From NCBI GenBank assembly GCA_965116475.1, contig OZ220691.1, forward strand, positions 2,848,001-2,912,000: DNA of 64,000 nucleotides, given 5' to 3'. Source of the stretch: Gemmatimonadota bacterium. Lineage in GTDB: Bacteria > Gemmatimonadota > Gemmatimonadetes > Palauibacterales > Palauibacteraceae. Shown piece after piece: positions 54,578 through 64,000 of this stretch. The translations under genes were made by a program, and so were the position numbers. Numbering within the stretch: position 1 is the stretch's first letter; each line of letters opens with the position of its first letter. Below the pieces are notes generated by a model. The model searched no databases. It had not been told where the DNA came from and saw only the letters and a program-made list of their open reading frames with translations.

Positions 54578-57500
54578 CTACCCGTTCGGCGGCCAGTCCG
54601 GGAGCGCCCGGCCCGTCGTCCACGGCACCCCGGCGGCCTCGAGGCGCGCCTCCAGCGCAGGGAGGTCCGTCTCGATCAACTGCTGCATGTCCGGATAGAG
54701 TGCGGTGAAGGCGTCGTTCGCGATCCGGTACTGTTCGCGGTGCGTCTGCGTCGGGCCGTGCAGGCCGTTCCAGTGGCCGCGCACGACCTGGTTCACGCGG
54801 GCCACGATCCCCGGCATATCCGGCTCGGCGCGGGAGGCCCGCGTGCGGGAGCCGTTTAGCGTCTCCTGCAGGTCGAGGAGCCGCAGCTCCAGCGCGCGGG
54901 CCTCCTGCCGGAGGGTCGGATCGGCCGCCGGCCAGCGGTCCACGGCCTGCTTCATGGCCGAGATGCGGGCCATCGCGGCCCCCGCCACACGCTGCGTCCC
55001 GGAGACGGCGCGGAGCAGCTCCCCGGTCTGTCGCTGGAAGGCGAGCACCGCCGCCCGGTCCTGGGGCGGGATCGCCGAGCCTCCCAGGGGCGCGATCTCG
55101 AACGGCACCGGCCCGGCCAGCTCGGTCACCTCGCCGTCCACGCGCTGCGAGAGCGACACCGTATAGCTCCCCGGCAGCGCCATGGGCCCGTTGCCGCCGC
55201 CGCCCCCGAACCCGCCGAAGCCGCCTCCGCCACCCCCGCCGCCGGTGACCGGGTTGTAGCCGGGGTACCGGTAGTTCCACGTCGCCCGGCGCATGCCCAG
55301 CGAGGTCGAGCCGTTCACCGTGTTCACGATGTTCCCGTCCCCGTCCCGGATCGTGAGGAACACTCTCGGCGCCTCCTCCCGGTCCTCCGCCTCCAGCTCT
55401 TCCCACGTCGGGTACGGCGTGTCCTCCCCCCGCCGCTGCGCCCGCCGCTCCTCCGCCCGCCGCGCCGCCTCCCGCGTCCGCAGCGTCTCGCCCACGTAGT
55501 AGGTGAACGTGACCCCGAAGTCCGGGTTGTCCGCCGTGTAGAAGCTCGACCCGCTCGTCCCCCCGGGACTCCAGCGCAGGTACATCTCCCCGTCCTTCAC
55601 GTCGAAGATGTGCCCCTCCGAGGCGAGGATCTCGTCCGACCGCGCCGCCAGTTCCCGGAGCGGCGTGTAGTCGTCGACCACGTAGAAGCTGCGCCCGAAG
55701 GTCGCGGCCACGAGGTCACCCTCCCGCTTCTGGATCTCCAGTTCGCGCACCGGGATCGTCGGCAGCCCCGTGCCCAGCTCCAGCCACGACTCGCCCCCGT
55801 CCACCGACGCGAAGGCCGAGAACTCCGTCCCCACGAAGAGCAGGTCCGGCTCCACGTGGTCCTGCACGATCGTGAACGCGGGTCCGTTCTCCGGCAGGTC
55901 CCCCGAGATCGAGGTCCACGTCACCCCGCGGTCCGTCGACTTCAGCACGTACGGCAGGTAATCGCCCCGCTTGAAGTTGTTGATGACGGCGAACACGGTG
56001 TTCGGGTCATGCAGCGACGCCTCCACGTCGTGCACGAAGCTCGTATCCGGCACGCCCGGAAAACTCTCCACCGCGCGCCAGTTCTCGCCCCCGTCCTCCG
56101 TCACCTGCACGAGCCCGTCGTCCGTGCCCGCGTAGATGAGCCCCTCCACGAGCGGCGACTCGGAGACCGACACGATGTGCCCGAACACCGACGTCGAGCG
56201 GTTCTTGCCCACCGCGTCCACGCTCCACACCCGCCCCATCACCTCGAGCTGGTTGCGGTCGAGGTTCCGCGTGAGGTCGCCCGAAATCGGCCGCCACGTC
56301 GAGGCCTGGTCGTCCGACTGGAAGAGGATCTGCGCCCCGTAGTAGAGCCGGTGGTTGTCGTGCGGCGACATGTGGAGCGCCGCGTCCCAGTACCAGCGCA
56401 GCGGCGGCCCGTCCGCGTCCTCCTGCGGCTGGATGTCGAGCCGTTCCTTCGATACGCGGTCGAAGCGCGACAGCACGCCGTTCTGGAGCTGGGAGTAGAT
56501 GATGTCCGGGTTCTCGGGGTCGATGACGGGGTCGAAGCCGTCGCCCCCCAGCGTCACGTACCAGTCCGAGTTCCGGATCCCCGCGTTGTCGGCCGTCTGC
56601 GAGGGGCCGCCCAGCGTGTTGTTGTCCTGCGTCCCCCCGTACACGTAGTAGAAGGGCTCGTCGTTCGAGGTCGCGACCTTGTAGAACTGCGTGAGCGGGA
56701 GGTTGGAGAAGAAGTGCCAGCTCTCCCCGAAGTCCCACGTCTCGTACAAACCCCCGTCGTTGCCGAGGATGAGGTGCTCCGGGTCATCCGGGTCGAACTC
56801 GATCGCGTGATGGTCCACGTGGACGCCCTGCGTGGGAAGCCGCTCCCACGTCTCCCCGCCGTCCTCCGACATCTGCAGGAAGGTGTCGAGGGAGTAGATG
56901 CGGTCGAAGCGGTGCGGGTCCGCGTACAGTTCGTGGTAGTACATGGGCGCGCCCGACTGGTAGCGGGACGTGCGCGACCAGTTCTCCCCCATGTTCTCCG
57001 AGCGGAAGGTGCCCCCGGCGTCGCCGCTCGCCTCCACGATCGCGTACAGCACGTCCGGGTTCTGCGGCGAGATCGCGAACCCGATGCGCCCCTTGTCCCC
57101 CGAGGGAAGCCCGCGGTTGATCTCGCGCCACGTGTTCCCGCCGTCCGTCGATTTGTGGATCCCCGAGCCCGGCCCGCCGTCGATCATCGTCCACTGGTGG
57201 CGCCGCCGCTGCCACGAGGTCGCGTACATCACGTCCGGGTTCCGCGGGTCGAAGTAGACCTCGTTCACCCCCGTGTGCTCGTCGATTTCGAGCACCGGTT
57301 CCCACGTCCCGCCCCCGTCCGTCGTGCGGTACAGCCCGCGCTCGCCGCCCGCGTTCCACAGCGGCCCCTGCGCCGCCACGAAGACGACGTCCGAATCGTC
57401 GGGGTGGATCTGGATCTTCCCGATGTGCTCGGAGCTCTCGAGTCCCATGTTCCGGAACGAGCGCCCGCCGTCGATCGACTTGTAGACGCCGTCCCCGTAC

Positions 57501-57955
57501 CCCACCGAGCGCTGCCCGTTGTTCTCCCCCGTCCCCACCCACAGCGTGAGGTGGTCGTTGGGGTCGAGCGCGATAGCCCCGATGGAGTAGGACCCGTAGT
57601 TGTCGAAGATCGGCGTCCAGGTCGTCCCCGCGTTCGTCGTCTTCCACACGTTCCCGGAGGAGGCCGCCACGTACCACACGCTCCGGTCCGTGGGATCCAC
57701 CGCGATGTCCGCGATCCGCCCGGAGGCCAGTGCCGGCCCGATGCTCCGCCACCGGATGCCGGAGATGAACCCGGCGTTCAGTTCGGGCGCGCCGTCCTCG
57801 TCATCCTCCCCGTCCTGGGCGGCGAGCGCCCCGGGAGCGCCGGGAATGCCGAGCGCGCCGAGCGCCGCCATCCCCGCGAGGAGGAGGGCGGGGAAGCGGG
57901 AGAGGACGCCGCAACGGGCGTACGGGTTCGCGTGGAATCGTTCGAAATCGATCAT
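54578..57955 (-). CDS. Secreted BNR/Asp-box (sortilin/Vps10-like) beta-propeller protein, putative glycosyl hydrolase
   Basis: WRSIGPA..SGRIADI, many SxDGGxTW repeats, HVDHH, GGTQDN, ATFGRSFY, C-terminal coiled coil; AGG RBS before ATG 57955. Confidence 0.85.
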   Translation of the reverse strand: MIDFERFHANPYARCGVLSRFPALLLAGMAALGALGIPGAPGALAAQDGEDDEDGAPELNAGFISGIRWRSIGPALASGRIADIAVDPTDRSVWYVAASSGNVWKTTNAGTTWTPIFDNYGSYSIGAIALDPNDHLTLWVGTGENNGQRSVGYGDGVYKSIDGGRSFRNMGLESSEHIGKIQIHPDDSDVVFVAAQGPLWNAGGERGLYRTTDGGGTWEPVLEIDEHTGVNEVYFDPRNPDVMYATSWQRRRHQWTMIDGGPGSGIHKSTDGGNTWREINRGLPSGDKGRIGFAISPQNPDVLYAIVEASGDAGGTFRSENMGENWSRTSRYQSGAPMYYHELYADPHRFDRIYSLDTFLQMSEDGGETWERLPTQGVHVDHHAIEFDPDDPEHLILGNDGGLYETWDFGESWHFFSNLPLTQFYKVATSNDEPFYYVYGGTQDNNTLGGPSQTADNAGIRNSDWYVTLGGDGFDPVIDPENPDIIYSQLQNGVLSRFDRVSKERLDIQPQEDADGPPLRWYWDAALHMSPHDNHRLYYGAQILFQSDDQASTWRPISGDLTRNLDRNQLEVMGRVWSVDAVGKNRSTSVFGHIVSVSESPLVEGLIYAGTDDGLVQVTEDGGENWRAVESFPGVPDTSFVHDVEASLHDPNTVFAVINNFKRGDYLPYVLKSTDRGVTWTSISGDLPENGPAFTIVQDHVEPDLLFVGTEFSAFASVDGGESWLELGTGLPTIPVRELEIQKREGDLVAATFGRSFYVVDDYTPLRELAARSDEILASEGHIFDVKDGEMYLRWSPGGTSGSSFYTADNPDFGVTFTYYVGETLRTREAARRAEERRAQRRGEDTPYPTWEELEAEDREEAPRVFLTIRDGDGNIVNTVNGSTSLGMRRATWNYRYPGYNPVTGGGGGGGGFGGFGGGGGNGPMALPGSYTVSLSQRVDGEVTELAGPVPFEIAPLGGSAIPPQDRAAVLAFQRQTGELLRAVSGTQRVAGAAMARISAMKQAVDRWPAADPTLRQEARALELRLLDLQETLNGSRTRASRAEPDMPGIVARVNQVVRGHWNGLHGPTQTHREQYRIANDAFTALYPDMQQLIETDLPALEARLEAAGVPWTTGRALPDWPPNG

Positions 57956-58064
57956 GATCGCACCTTGTGCCGGTGGCTCGTGGCTATCGGGCAGTTGCCG
58001 CCTGTGGAACTCGTGGGTTGGGAAGGTCGGCCCGGGGGCACGCGGCGGGCAACCCGTGCTGAGT

Positions 58065-58379
58065 TCAGGCGGGGTCGGTTCCGGTGCCGGGGAGGGGGAC
58101 GCCGAACACACGCCCTTCGATGCGGGCGACGCGGTCGGCCATCGCCACCCGGGTCTCCACGAGTTCGTCGCGCACCGCGTCGATGCGGCCACCCAGCTGC
58201 GCCTCGACGCCGCGGAGTTCCGCGCGCATGGCCGCAATCTCGCCCTTGAGTTCCGTGCGCAACTTGCCGATGTCGCCCTTCAATTCCTCGCGCTGGGCGT
58301 TCAGGCTGCGGCTGGCCAAGACGATGCCACCGAGCAGGGTCAAGAACAGGACGACGTCGGCAATCAAATCGGTTCCCAT
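58065..58379 (-). CDS. Small membrane-anchored coiled-coil protein, copy 1
   Basis: MGTDLIAD + TM + ELKGDI/ELKGEI/ELRG repeats + DRVARIEG. Confidence 0.7.
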   Translation of the reverse strand: MGTDLIADVVLFLTLLGGIVLASRSLNAQREELKGDIGKLRTELKGEIAAMRAELRGVEAQLGGRIDAVRDELVETRVAMADRVARIEGRVFGVPLPGTGTDPA

Positions 58380-58553
58380 GGTGCTACACGGACTCCCGTG
58401 AAGGTTCGCGCTCGAGTGGGGCCACGGCCCCCGGTTGTCGATCCACCACGAACCTCCGGTCGCCAGTCAACGTGCCATCATCGGGGGAGTGCATCAACCT
58501 GCGGAAATCACGCCCTCCCGGACCGGCTTCCGCTCAAACTCGAAGCGCACGGG

Positions 58554-58814
58554 TCAGTCGGAGTCGGCCTCGGTGTCGGGCCGGTGGGCTCCGAACAGGT
58601 GGCCTTCGACGCGGGCGACCCGGTCGGCTGTGGCCACCCGCGTCTCCACGAGTTCGGTGCGGACGGCGTCGATGCGGGTGCCCAACCGCTCGTCCGCCCG
58701 GCGGATTTCGGCGCGCAGTTCCTTGCGCTGGTTGCGCGACAGGCCACAGAAGATGACGCAAAGGCCGATCAGCGTTGCCGCCAGGACGAGGTCGGCGATC
58801 AAATCCGTTCCCAT
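58554..58814 (-). CDS. Small membrane-anchored coiled-coil protein, copy 2 (paralogue)
   Basis: MGTDLIAD + TM + RIDAVRTELVETRVATADRVARVEG; shares upstream DNA motifs with copy 1. Confidence 0.7.
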   Translation of the reverse strand: MGTDLIADLVLAATLIGLCVIFCGLSRNQRKELRAEIRRADERLGTRIDAVRTELVETRVATADRVARVEGHLFGAHRPDTEADSD

Positions 58815-59602
58815 GGTGTCGCAAGACTCCCGTGAAGGTTCGCGAGCGTACGGGCTCCCGTCCCGGTGCTCGACCCGTCCCGAACCTACGGCTGCCCGTC
58901 AACGCGCCATCATCCGGGCGCACGTTCACTGCGAGGCACGTGGTCCGGATCCTATGTAGTCCCGTCGGCTAGGACCCCGACCGCGTCGCGAATCTCCGTG
59001 TGCAGGGATGCGCGAGAATGCCTCCGGCAGGATCTCGCCGACCCCGTGCCACGCCATACCGGGCGGTGCCGTAACCCGTGGCACGCGGGCTGCGGGAAGC
59101 CTCTACGTCAAGCTCTCTCAGTCCTTGACATCGAGGTCGCCGCCGGGTTCGGCCCGGATCCTAATATAGAGAAATCCCCCAGAGCCAATCCGCACGCAGC
59201 GAGCGGAACAGAGAGTGGGAACTAACGATCCCGATCTACCCCGATGTTCACGCGCACGAAGCCGGGCGAACCGAGTAAGGAATCTAGGGGCTGTCCCCGG
59301 GGCCCCAGAGCTTATCGTCACGCCTCCGTCGTGAGGTCACCGTAACCTCCTTCATCCCCGCGTGCTCGGAGGTCGCAACTTGGAACCGTTCGGAATCAGT
59401 CATGGTCGCACCATTATCGGTTGCAGCGGTTGGGCGTAGCTGCTAGGCAGTGCGGCTCGCGGTGAGTCCCAAGAGTCGGCTCCGGCGCGAGAAAAGCGGA
59501 ACCCGTGCTGCAGAAGTTGGTGCGGGTTCCCGGCACATGGACGCCGAGCCCCCAGTCTTCGATACGCGTGATCCAGTCAACGGTCAATGTCGGGGCAAGT
59601 AC

Positions 59603-62600
59603 TCAATCTCCCAAGCCGTTGTCTTCGGTCCCACGGTACACATATACAGCAGCGTCTTTGTCGAGCACGGAGCACTCAACCCCAAAGAGAACCCGGAACT
59701 GGACCCTTCGGCGGAGTCGCTCCAACGCGTCCTCGATCGTCTCAAGGCGTCCATCATCCATCTCCCGGAGCCACGCCTCGGGCTGTGCTCGTACGACTTC
59801 AACATCTACGTCATTCAACCCGAAAGCCAAGCCGGGCACCGGGCTCTCCAGATCGTTGGCCCCGTCTACTGGCGCGCCTTCAGAATCAACCCAATCGGCG
59901 TAGCGCCTAAGGTCTACAATTAGCGCTCCAGATATCGTCGGAATATACAGGTCATAGACGTCAGCCTCAAGAAAGCTACCAATATAACCCGAAATCCGGT
60001 GTCGGCCTTCCGCCCACTCGAAGCGTGGGTCGGTGAGAAGATCTTGCCGCTCACTCCAAGTTCCCATGATTAGGACGCTTGGATCGTAGCCCGCCGTGCG
60101 AAGGGTGTCGATCTCTTCGGAGATTCCGTCGGCAGCCGCCACTTCCCTCGCCAGCCGCCGGCTGCACGCCCCTTGCACGAGATCGTCCAAGCCCCGCTCG
60201 CTGGCCTCCCGACCGAGCCCTCTGCCAATCTGCTCCGCGGCAAAATCTATGTGCACTGTCGCCTCTGCCACGAAGTCCTCCCTCGGGCGCAGCTGGTGAA
60301 CCCACCGCCACGGTCGCTTATCGCCAGCGTCGGCAGCCTCCACTACCGTCTTGGTTCGTCCAGCTTCATGCATGATCTTCCTGAGGAGGTTTCCGTCTAC
60401 GTAGGCTTGCACTAGGTGATCTCGGAAATCAGTTCGCCTCCCCTGATCCAACTCTGCCGACACGACTCGATTTCTCCACAAAGTCGCCCAACTCACATGT
60501 ACATCTCGCAGCAACCGCTCCACGGTTCTTCGTCTCGCATCGACTTCACCATCGACCAACTGGGCCGTCAGATCCACATCGAGCTCATCGAGACGCTTCT
60601 GAAGAGCCCCACCCTCCGCAGTGACGTCGCCGAGAATACGACCAAGCGCAAGGTCCGAGGGGAGATCCACGGAAAACGGTTCATGTCCCGCGATTCGCAG
60701 CGCCTGAAGCAGAAAGCCATCGTGAAGTAGGGGCTCCAGATTGATAAAGCCCGCACCGTCAATCTCCTCCAGCAACCAACGATCCCAACCGAGCCGGCTC
60801 TGCGTCTCGTGCATTAGGGCACTCGCATAGGTCTCGAGTAGCTCGGCCATCTCCACGGCTTCTCCACAGGTGTCCAACCAGGCCTTCACGTCATCTATGT
60901 CCTCATGGTCCGTGTGCCGAGCCCGAACCCAAGAATACATTCCGAATTGTCCGAGATGCGCCAGGTGAATCACCCTCCGGACGCCAGGTAGTGTCACGTC
61001 GATGGACAGACCGGTGCGGCTGGAGCGGTCAATGGCCATTCGCAATTGGGACATCAGCAAGGCAAATAAAGGCAGGTTTCGTGCATCGTAGGCAGCTTTG
61101 AGAAGTGCGGCAAACACTACGATAATAGCTTCGCCCGCGTCGTCAACGAAATGTTCCTCATCTTCAGCCACCTCCCTACAAAGGATCGATATCACAAACC
61201 TGAGGAATCCGCCTAAGGACTCGATGAGCCGATCCAAAACTCGCTTCTTGAGATCATCTGGAAGATCGCCAGTCAACCGATATGGCAAAAGCGGGTCGAA
61301 CTGGATGAACTGCTGCACAGCGTACAATTGGCGTGCCTCGAGCGCCTGGTACCCGACCAAGTACGGGAACCGAAACAGAGCATCTAAGGTCCTTCCGTCT
61401 TGCCGAAGGACGGCTTCCTGTAATAGTTCAACATAGTCCGAATAGATCCAATCGATTTCCGTCCAGTTGTCACGTCGGAGCGAGAAACCGTACAGTGCCT
61501 GGGCTTCTTTCGTCCTGGAAACTGGCTGCAGATGTTCGAGGCGCCGCTGAAAATCATCGATTACCTGAGCATAAACCTCGAGACCTGAGTGTAGCATGGC
61601 GTGGTCGCGATCACGGATCGCTACAAGCAAAGATCGTTTCACTTCATCGAAATGAAGTCGGAGGTCTGAGGTCCCCTCGGCGCGGACATCCGACTGGAAA
61701 TGAAATAGGCGCCTGATGCGTCGACGGAGAGTTGACAAGTGTGCCAGATCGACGACCGAGCTATCGAGGAGAGCGACTTCTTGACCGTTGTCGTGGATGT
61801 GATCACCTACATTCCGAGTGAGAATCAGAGTTGGACGGGAAACAGTGGATCGAGAATGCTGGATATCACTTGGTGAAGTTCCCACCGGAGTTGTAGAAGG
61901 AGTGGAGCGCCCAAGTGCGTACGTGATAGTTTCGAGAGTAGCGAGATCGAAATCTGTAATCCGGCCGGAGCGAAGAGCGTTTATGGGAAGATAACCGGAA
62001 TCGAGAGCCCCAATCGGAGAGTAGGCGACGAGGGTACGATCCAATGAATATTCGACGATAGCGCGAGCGAGACGTGTGTCTGTGCTTTCGTCGAGACAAT
62101 CCTGAAATCGGTCACGCAGTAAGGCTAATCCACGTTGACGAAGTCGGCCAGGTCGATAGAGGAGATAAAGTAGTCGGAGGAAAGTACCAGTGGCGCCGAA
62201 AAGGGAGAGTAGGAAGAGGCACAGAGCTAGCGGCTCGGCCCGGCTCGTCCAAAGCAGGTAACCGCCCAGACCGGAGATGGCACTGGATGTGACTACGAAT
62301 ACGACGATGGGAAACACGTACGTGTATCGAACCAGAACTTCGACTGGCCGGTGGATTGATCGACGCTCAGTGCCGGCAAGCTGAATGACGAAGACGAGGA
62401 TGGGAAGGGTAGCCACCGCGAGGCCAGCATGGACCTGCCAAAACGGCAGAAAGTTGTTGCGGGTTGGATCGACGTGGGGGAGGAACGGCAGAAGCGCTAG
62501 CGGGAAGAGAATCGCGGTTATGCCAACCATGGCGATTCCTACCAATGACGGTTGCGTGGAGCGCCGTAGAATCCGTGCGGCGGTATCGCGGAAACGCGTG

Positions 62601-63103
62601 AAGATGAACTGAAGAAACGATTTCTGCTGTAGTTGACGAGATGTGAATCTCACGCGGTGGCTGACAAGTGCACCGTCCCGTGTAAACGTCATACCATAGG
62701 AACACGCCGCAACACCAGAACAAGACAGAAGACACAACAGGGCAGCCAGGAGAGGAGAAGTCCAGAGTCTCATCGCGAACGGAAACGCAGGATACTCGGA
62801 TAGTTCTAGCGGAATCGGAGCGACGTAGGGCAGAACCGAGTAGACGGCGAGACAGGCGAGGAGCCACTGTGCGCACCGGAGATTCCTACGCCGGTTGCGC
62901 AATGCGATTCCGGGGAGGAAGAAACGTACCGACCGACCCCACCCAGACACGGTCCACATGTGATTCAGAGATCTGCGCGAGCGAAGACGGACGGTCGCAA
63001 GGACTCTTCGAAGTGTGGTCGCGGTTCGGGTGTCGGTGTCCTGCGCCCACCAGCGGAACATAAGTAGTCTCGTTGAGTGAGGGACGGTTGATGAGTATAA
63101 CAT
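59603..63103 (-). CDS. Large membrane protein: N-terminal TMs + DUF2254-like region + helical region + C-terminal HK97 capsid-like domain (start uncertain)
   Basis: 1166-codon ORF in lower-GC DNA; about 5-6 TMs; SGRITDFD / RNVGDHI DUF2254-like motifs; capsid-like motif order in the last ~280 aa. Confidence 0.7.
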   Translation of the reverse strand: MLYSSTVPHSTRLLMFRWWAQDTDTRTATTLRRVLATVRLRSRRSLNHMWTVSGWGRSVRFFLPGIALRNRRRNLRCAQWLLACLAVYSVLPYVAPIPLELSEYPAFPFAMRLWTSPLLAALLCLLSCSGVAACSYGMTFTRDGALVSHRVRFTSRQLQQKSFLQFIFTRFRDTAARILRRSTQPSLVGIAMVGITAILFPLALLPFLPHVDPTRNNFLPFWQVHAGLAVATLPILVFVIQLAGTERRSIHRPVEVLVRYTYVFPIVVFVVTSSAISGLGGYLLWTSRAEPLALCLFLLSLFGATGTFLRLLYLLYRPGRLRQRGLALLRDRFQDCLDESTDTRLARAIVEYSLDRTLVAYSPIGALDSGYLPINALRSGRITDFDLATLETITYALGRSTPSTTPVGTSPSDIQHSRSTVSRPTLILTRNVGDHIHDNGQEVALLDSSVVDLAHLSTLRRRIRRLFHFQSDVRAEGTSDLRLHFDEVKRSLLVAIRDRDHAMLHSGLEVYAQVIDDFQRRLEHLQPVSRTKEAQALYGFSLRRDNWTEIDWIYSDYVELLQEAVLRQDGRTLDALFRFPYLVGYQALEARQLYAVQQFIQFDPLLPYRLTGDLPDDLKKRVLDRLIESLGGFLRFVISILCREVAEDEEHFVDDAGEAIIVVFAALLKAAYDARNLPLFALLMSQLRMAIDRSSRTGLSIDVTLPGVRRVIHLAHLGQFGMYSWVRARHTDHEDIDDVKAWLDTCGEAVEMAELLETYASALMHETQSRLGWDRWLLEEIDGAGFINLEPLLHDGFLLQALRIAGHEPFSVDLPSDLALGRILGDVTAEGGALQKRLDELDVDLTAQLVDGEVDARRRTVERLLRDVHVSWATLWRNRVVSAELDQGRRTDFRDHLVQAYVDGNLLRKIMHEAGRTKTVVEAADAGDKRPWRWVHQLRPREDFVAEATVHIDFAAEQIGRGLGREASERGLDDLVQGACSRRLAREVAAADGISEEIDTLRTAGYDPSVLIMGTWSERQDLLTDPRFEWAEGRHRISGYIGSFLEADVYDLYIPTISGALIVDLRRYADWVDSEGAPVDGANDLESPVPGLAFGLNDVDVEVVRAQPEAWLREMDDGRLETIEDALERLRRRVQFRVLFGVECSVLDKDAAVYVYRGTEDNGLGD

Positions 63104-63565
63104 ATACGTAGCTCGTGACCGAAAGGCACGATGGGATCGAGTCTAGGCTGAGAGGTACCGTTGGTCAACGTTCGGTGCTTCCTCGGAAGGCAGCGGGGGT
63201 TGTCGAATCCGATCGCCGCGACGCGGCCGAAGACGGAGAGCGTGCGCCGGAACTGAATCAGCTCGGGTTGGGTCTCAGCGACGCCGGCCCGGCCCGCGAC
63301 TTGCCTCGTGGATGCCCCATCCGAGGAGTCAAGCCGTAGGTGCGTTCCTACCGACCCTCGATCAATCATCGAACATTTCCGTCGCCGACTTCGACCAACG
63401 CCACACCGAAGTGTTGGGTATCAGGCGGAGGCTATGTCGCTTAACGGACTTCGAACTTGCGGGACTGGCTGTGTGTCCTGCGCGGTCCGACTGAGGGTCG
63501 CGTGTGTGCCTAACGAATCACGTGCGATTGATCGAAGGGAGACTACAAAGAAGAGTGTACGACGC

Positions 63566-64000
63566 TCAGTCTCCATTCGACTCCACCACCGGGTTCGTCG
63601 GCGTAACGTCGTCCCATACGCGACGACCCAAATTCCACGTTATCAATGTTTCCTCAGATATCCGCTCTTCATCTCCAAACGTCCCGTAAACACTACTAGC
63701 GCACAAGCTAAGTCGTACAAGACTACTAGTAATGTTAGTAACAGGAACGCCTAAACCGTATTCCGATCCCCTCAAATTTACTGTGCCGTCCGGTGAGGCT
63801 CCCAGACCTAGTAACCCCACACGATTGGCATGTACTTGTTGGCTAGCTTGGCTATATTCGGGAGAATGTTTCATGCCGTCAACTTCTTCTCGTATATCCG
63901 CGAAGGGTACTGACGACCCGGCCTTCCTCCCGAGAGCCTCAGCCGCCCATCCGTTACGCGGTTTTGTGCCCTCAGCAATGAGTTCAGCTTCCACAAGAGT
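63566..64000 (-). CDS. C-terminal part of a DUF5677-like protein (5'-partial)
   Basis: GWAAEALG...FADIREEV...PEYSQASQQVHA...GSEYGLGVP resembles the Y..AS..VH motif of DUF5677. Confidence 0.45.
   Translation of the reverse strand, partial: TLVEAELIAEGTKPRNGWAAEALGRKAGSSVPFADIREEVDGMKHSPEYSQASQQVHANRVGLLGLGASPDGTVNLRGSEYGLGVPVTNITSSLVRLSLCASSVYGTFGDEERISEETLITWNLGRRVWDDVTPTNPVVESNGD

Larger units (their letters stand above)
59100..64000. other. Lower-GC accessory island (boundaries approximate, continues beyond window)
   Basis: Hand counts: line 61981-62040 is 32/60 GC versus 45/60 for core line 5401-5460; long non-coding gaps. Confidence 0.65.

Noticed and set aside
1002..58249. Many long antisense or alternate-frame ORFs (e.g. 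3727-6030, 12201-14609, 26663-29407, 38182-40605, 55610-58249)
   Set aside because: Shadow ORFs expected in high-GC DNA; Arg/Pro/Gly-rich, no motifs, and they overlap well-supported genes
59603..60455. Prophage head gene or true encapsulin
   Set aside because: The domain is fused in frame to a large membrane protein and no phage structural, packaging or cargo genes are adjacent
62965..63369. 134-aa ORF and other short ORFs in 58950-59600 and 63100-63560
   Set aside because: No motifs or RBS; may be decayed remnants but not identifiable

Overview
High-GC bacterial DNA; gene content (secreted beta-propeller lipoprotein, BNR/sortilin-repeat protein, swf-type PKS locus) suggests a Gemmatimonadota-like, possibly sponge-associated organism (inference only). 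Left to right: two membrane proteins and an NHL/FGE-fold lipoprotein; a form-II coxSLM-type molybdoenzyme; a secreted GGT-family enzyme; a translationally coupled operon TetR-OMF-MFP-RND-cysD-cysNC-NCS2 permease; then a B12 radical SAM gene, a mono-modular highly reducing type I PKS, a thioester-reductase/sulfotransferase fusion and an SDR reductase. This block resembles the sponge-symbiont swf cluster, here with its own PAPS supply and exporter, and would predict a methylated alkyl-sulfate lipid. Next come an aldehyde dehydrogenase, an FAH-family hydratase, a Tat-less DMSO-reductase-family complex with chaperone, transporters, SixA, a second radical SAM with a PlsC-like acyltransferase, a candidate ~100-nt sRNA, a convergently split VapC/Phd pair, a BNR-repeat protein and a tandem pair of small coiled-coil genes. 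The window ends in a lower-GC island encoding a ~1,100-aa membrane protein (DUF2254-like N-part) whose C-terminal ~280 aa pattern-match an HK97-type capsid/encapsulin fold, next to a partial DUF5677-like gene; this is the best candidate for an undescribed, possibly anti-phage, system. No rRNA, tRNA, CRISPR array or transposase was recognised. All family calls are by-eye motif recognition, not database hits.
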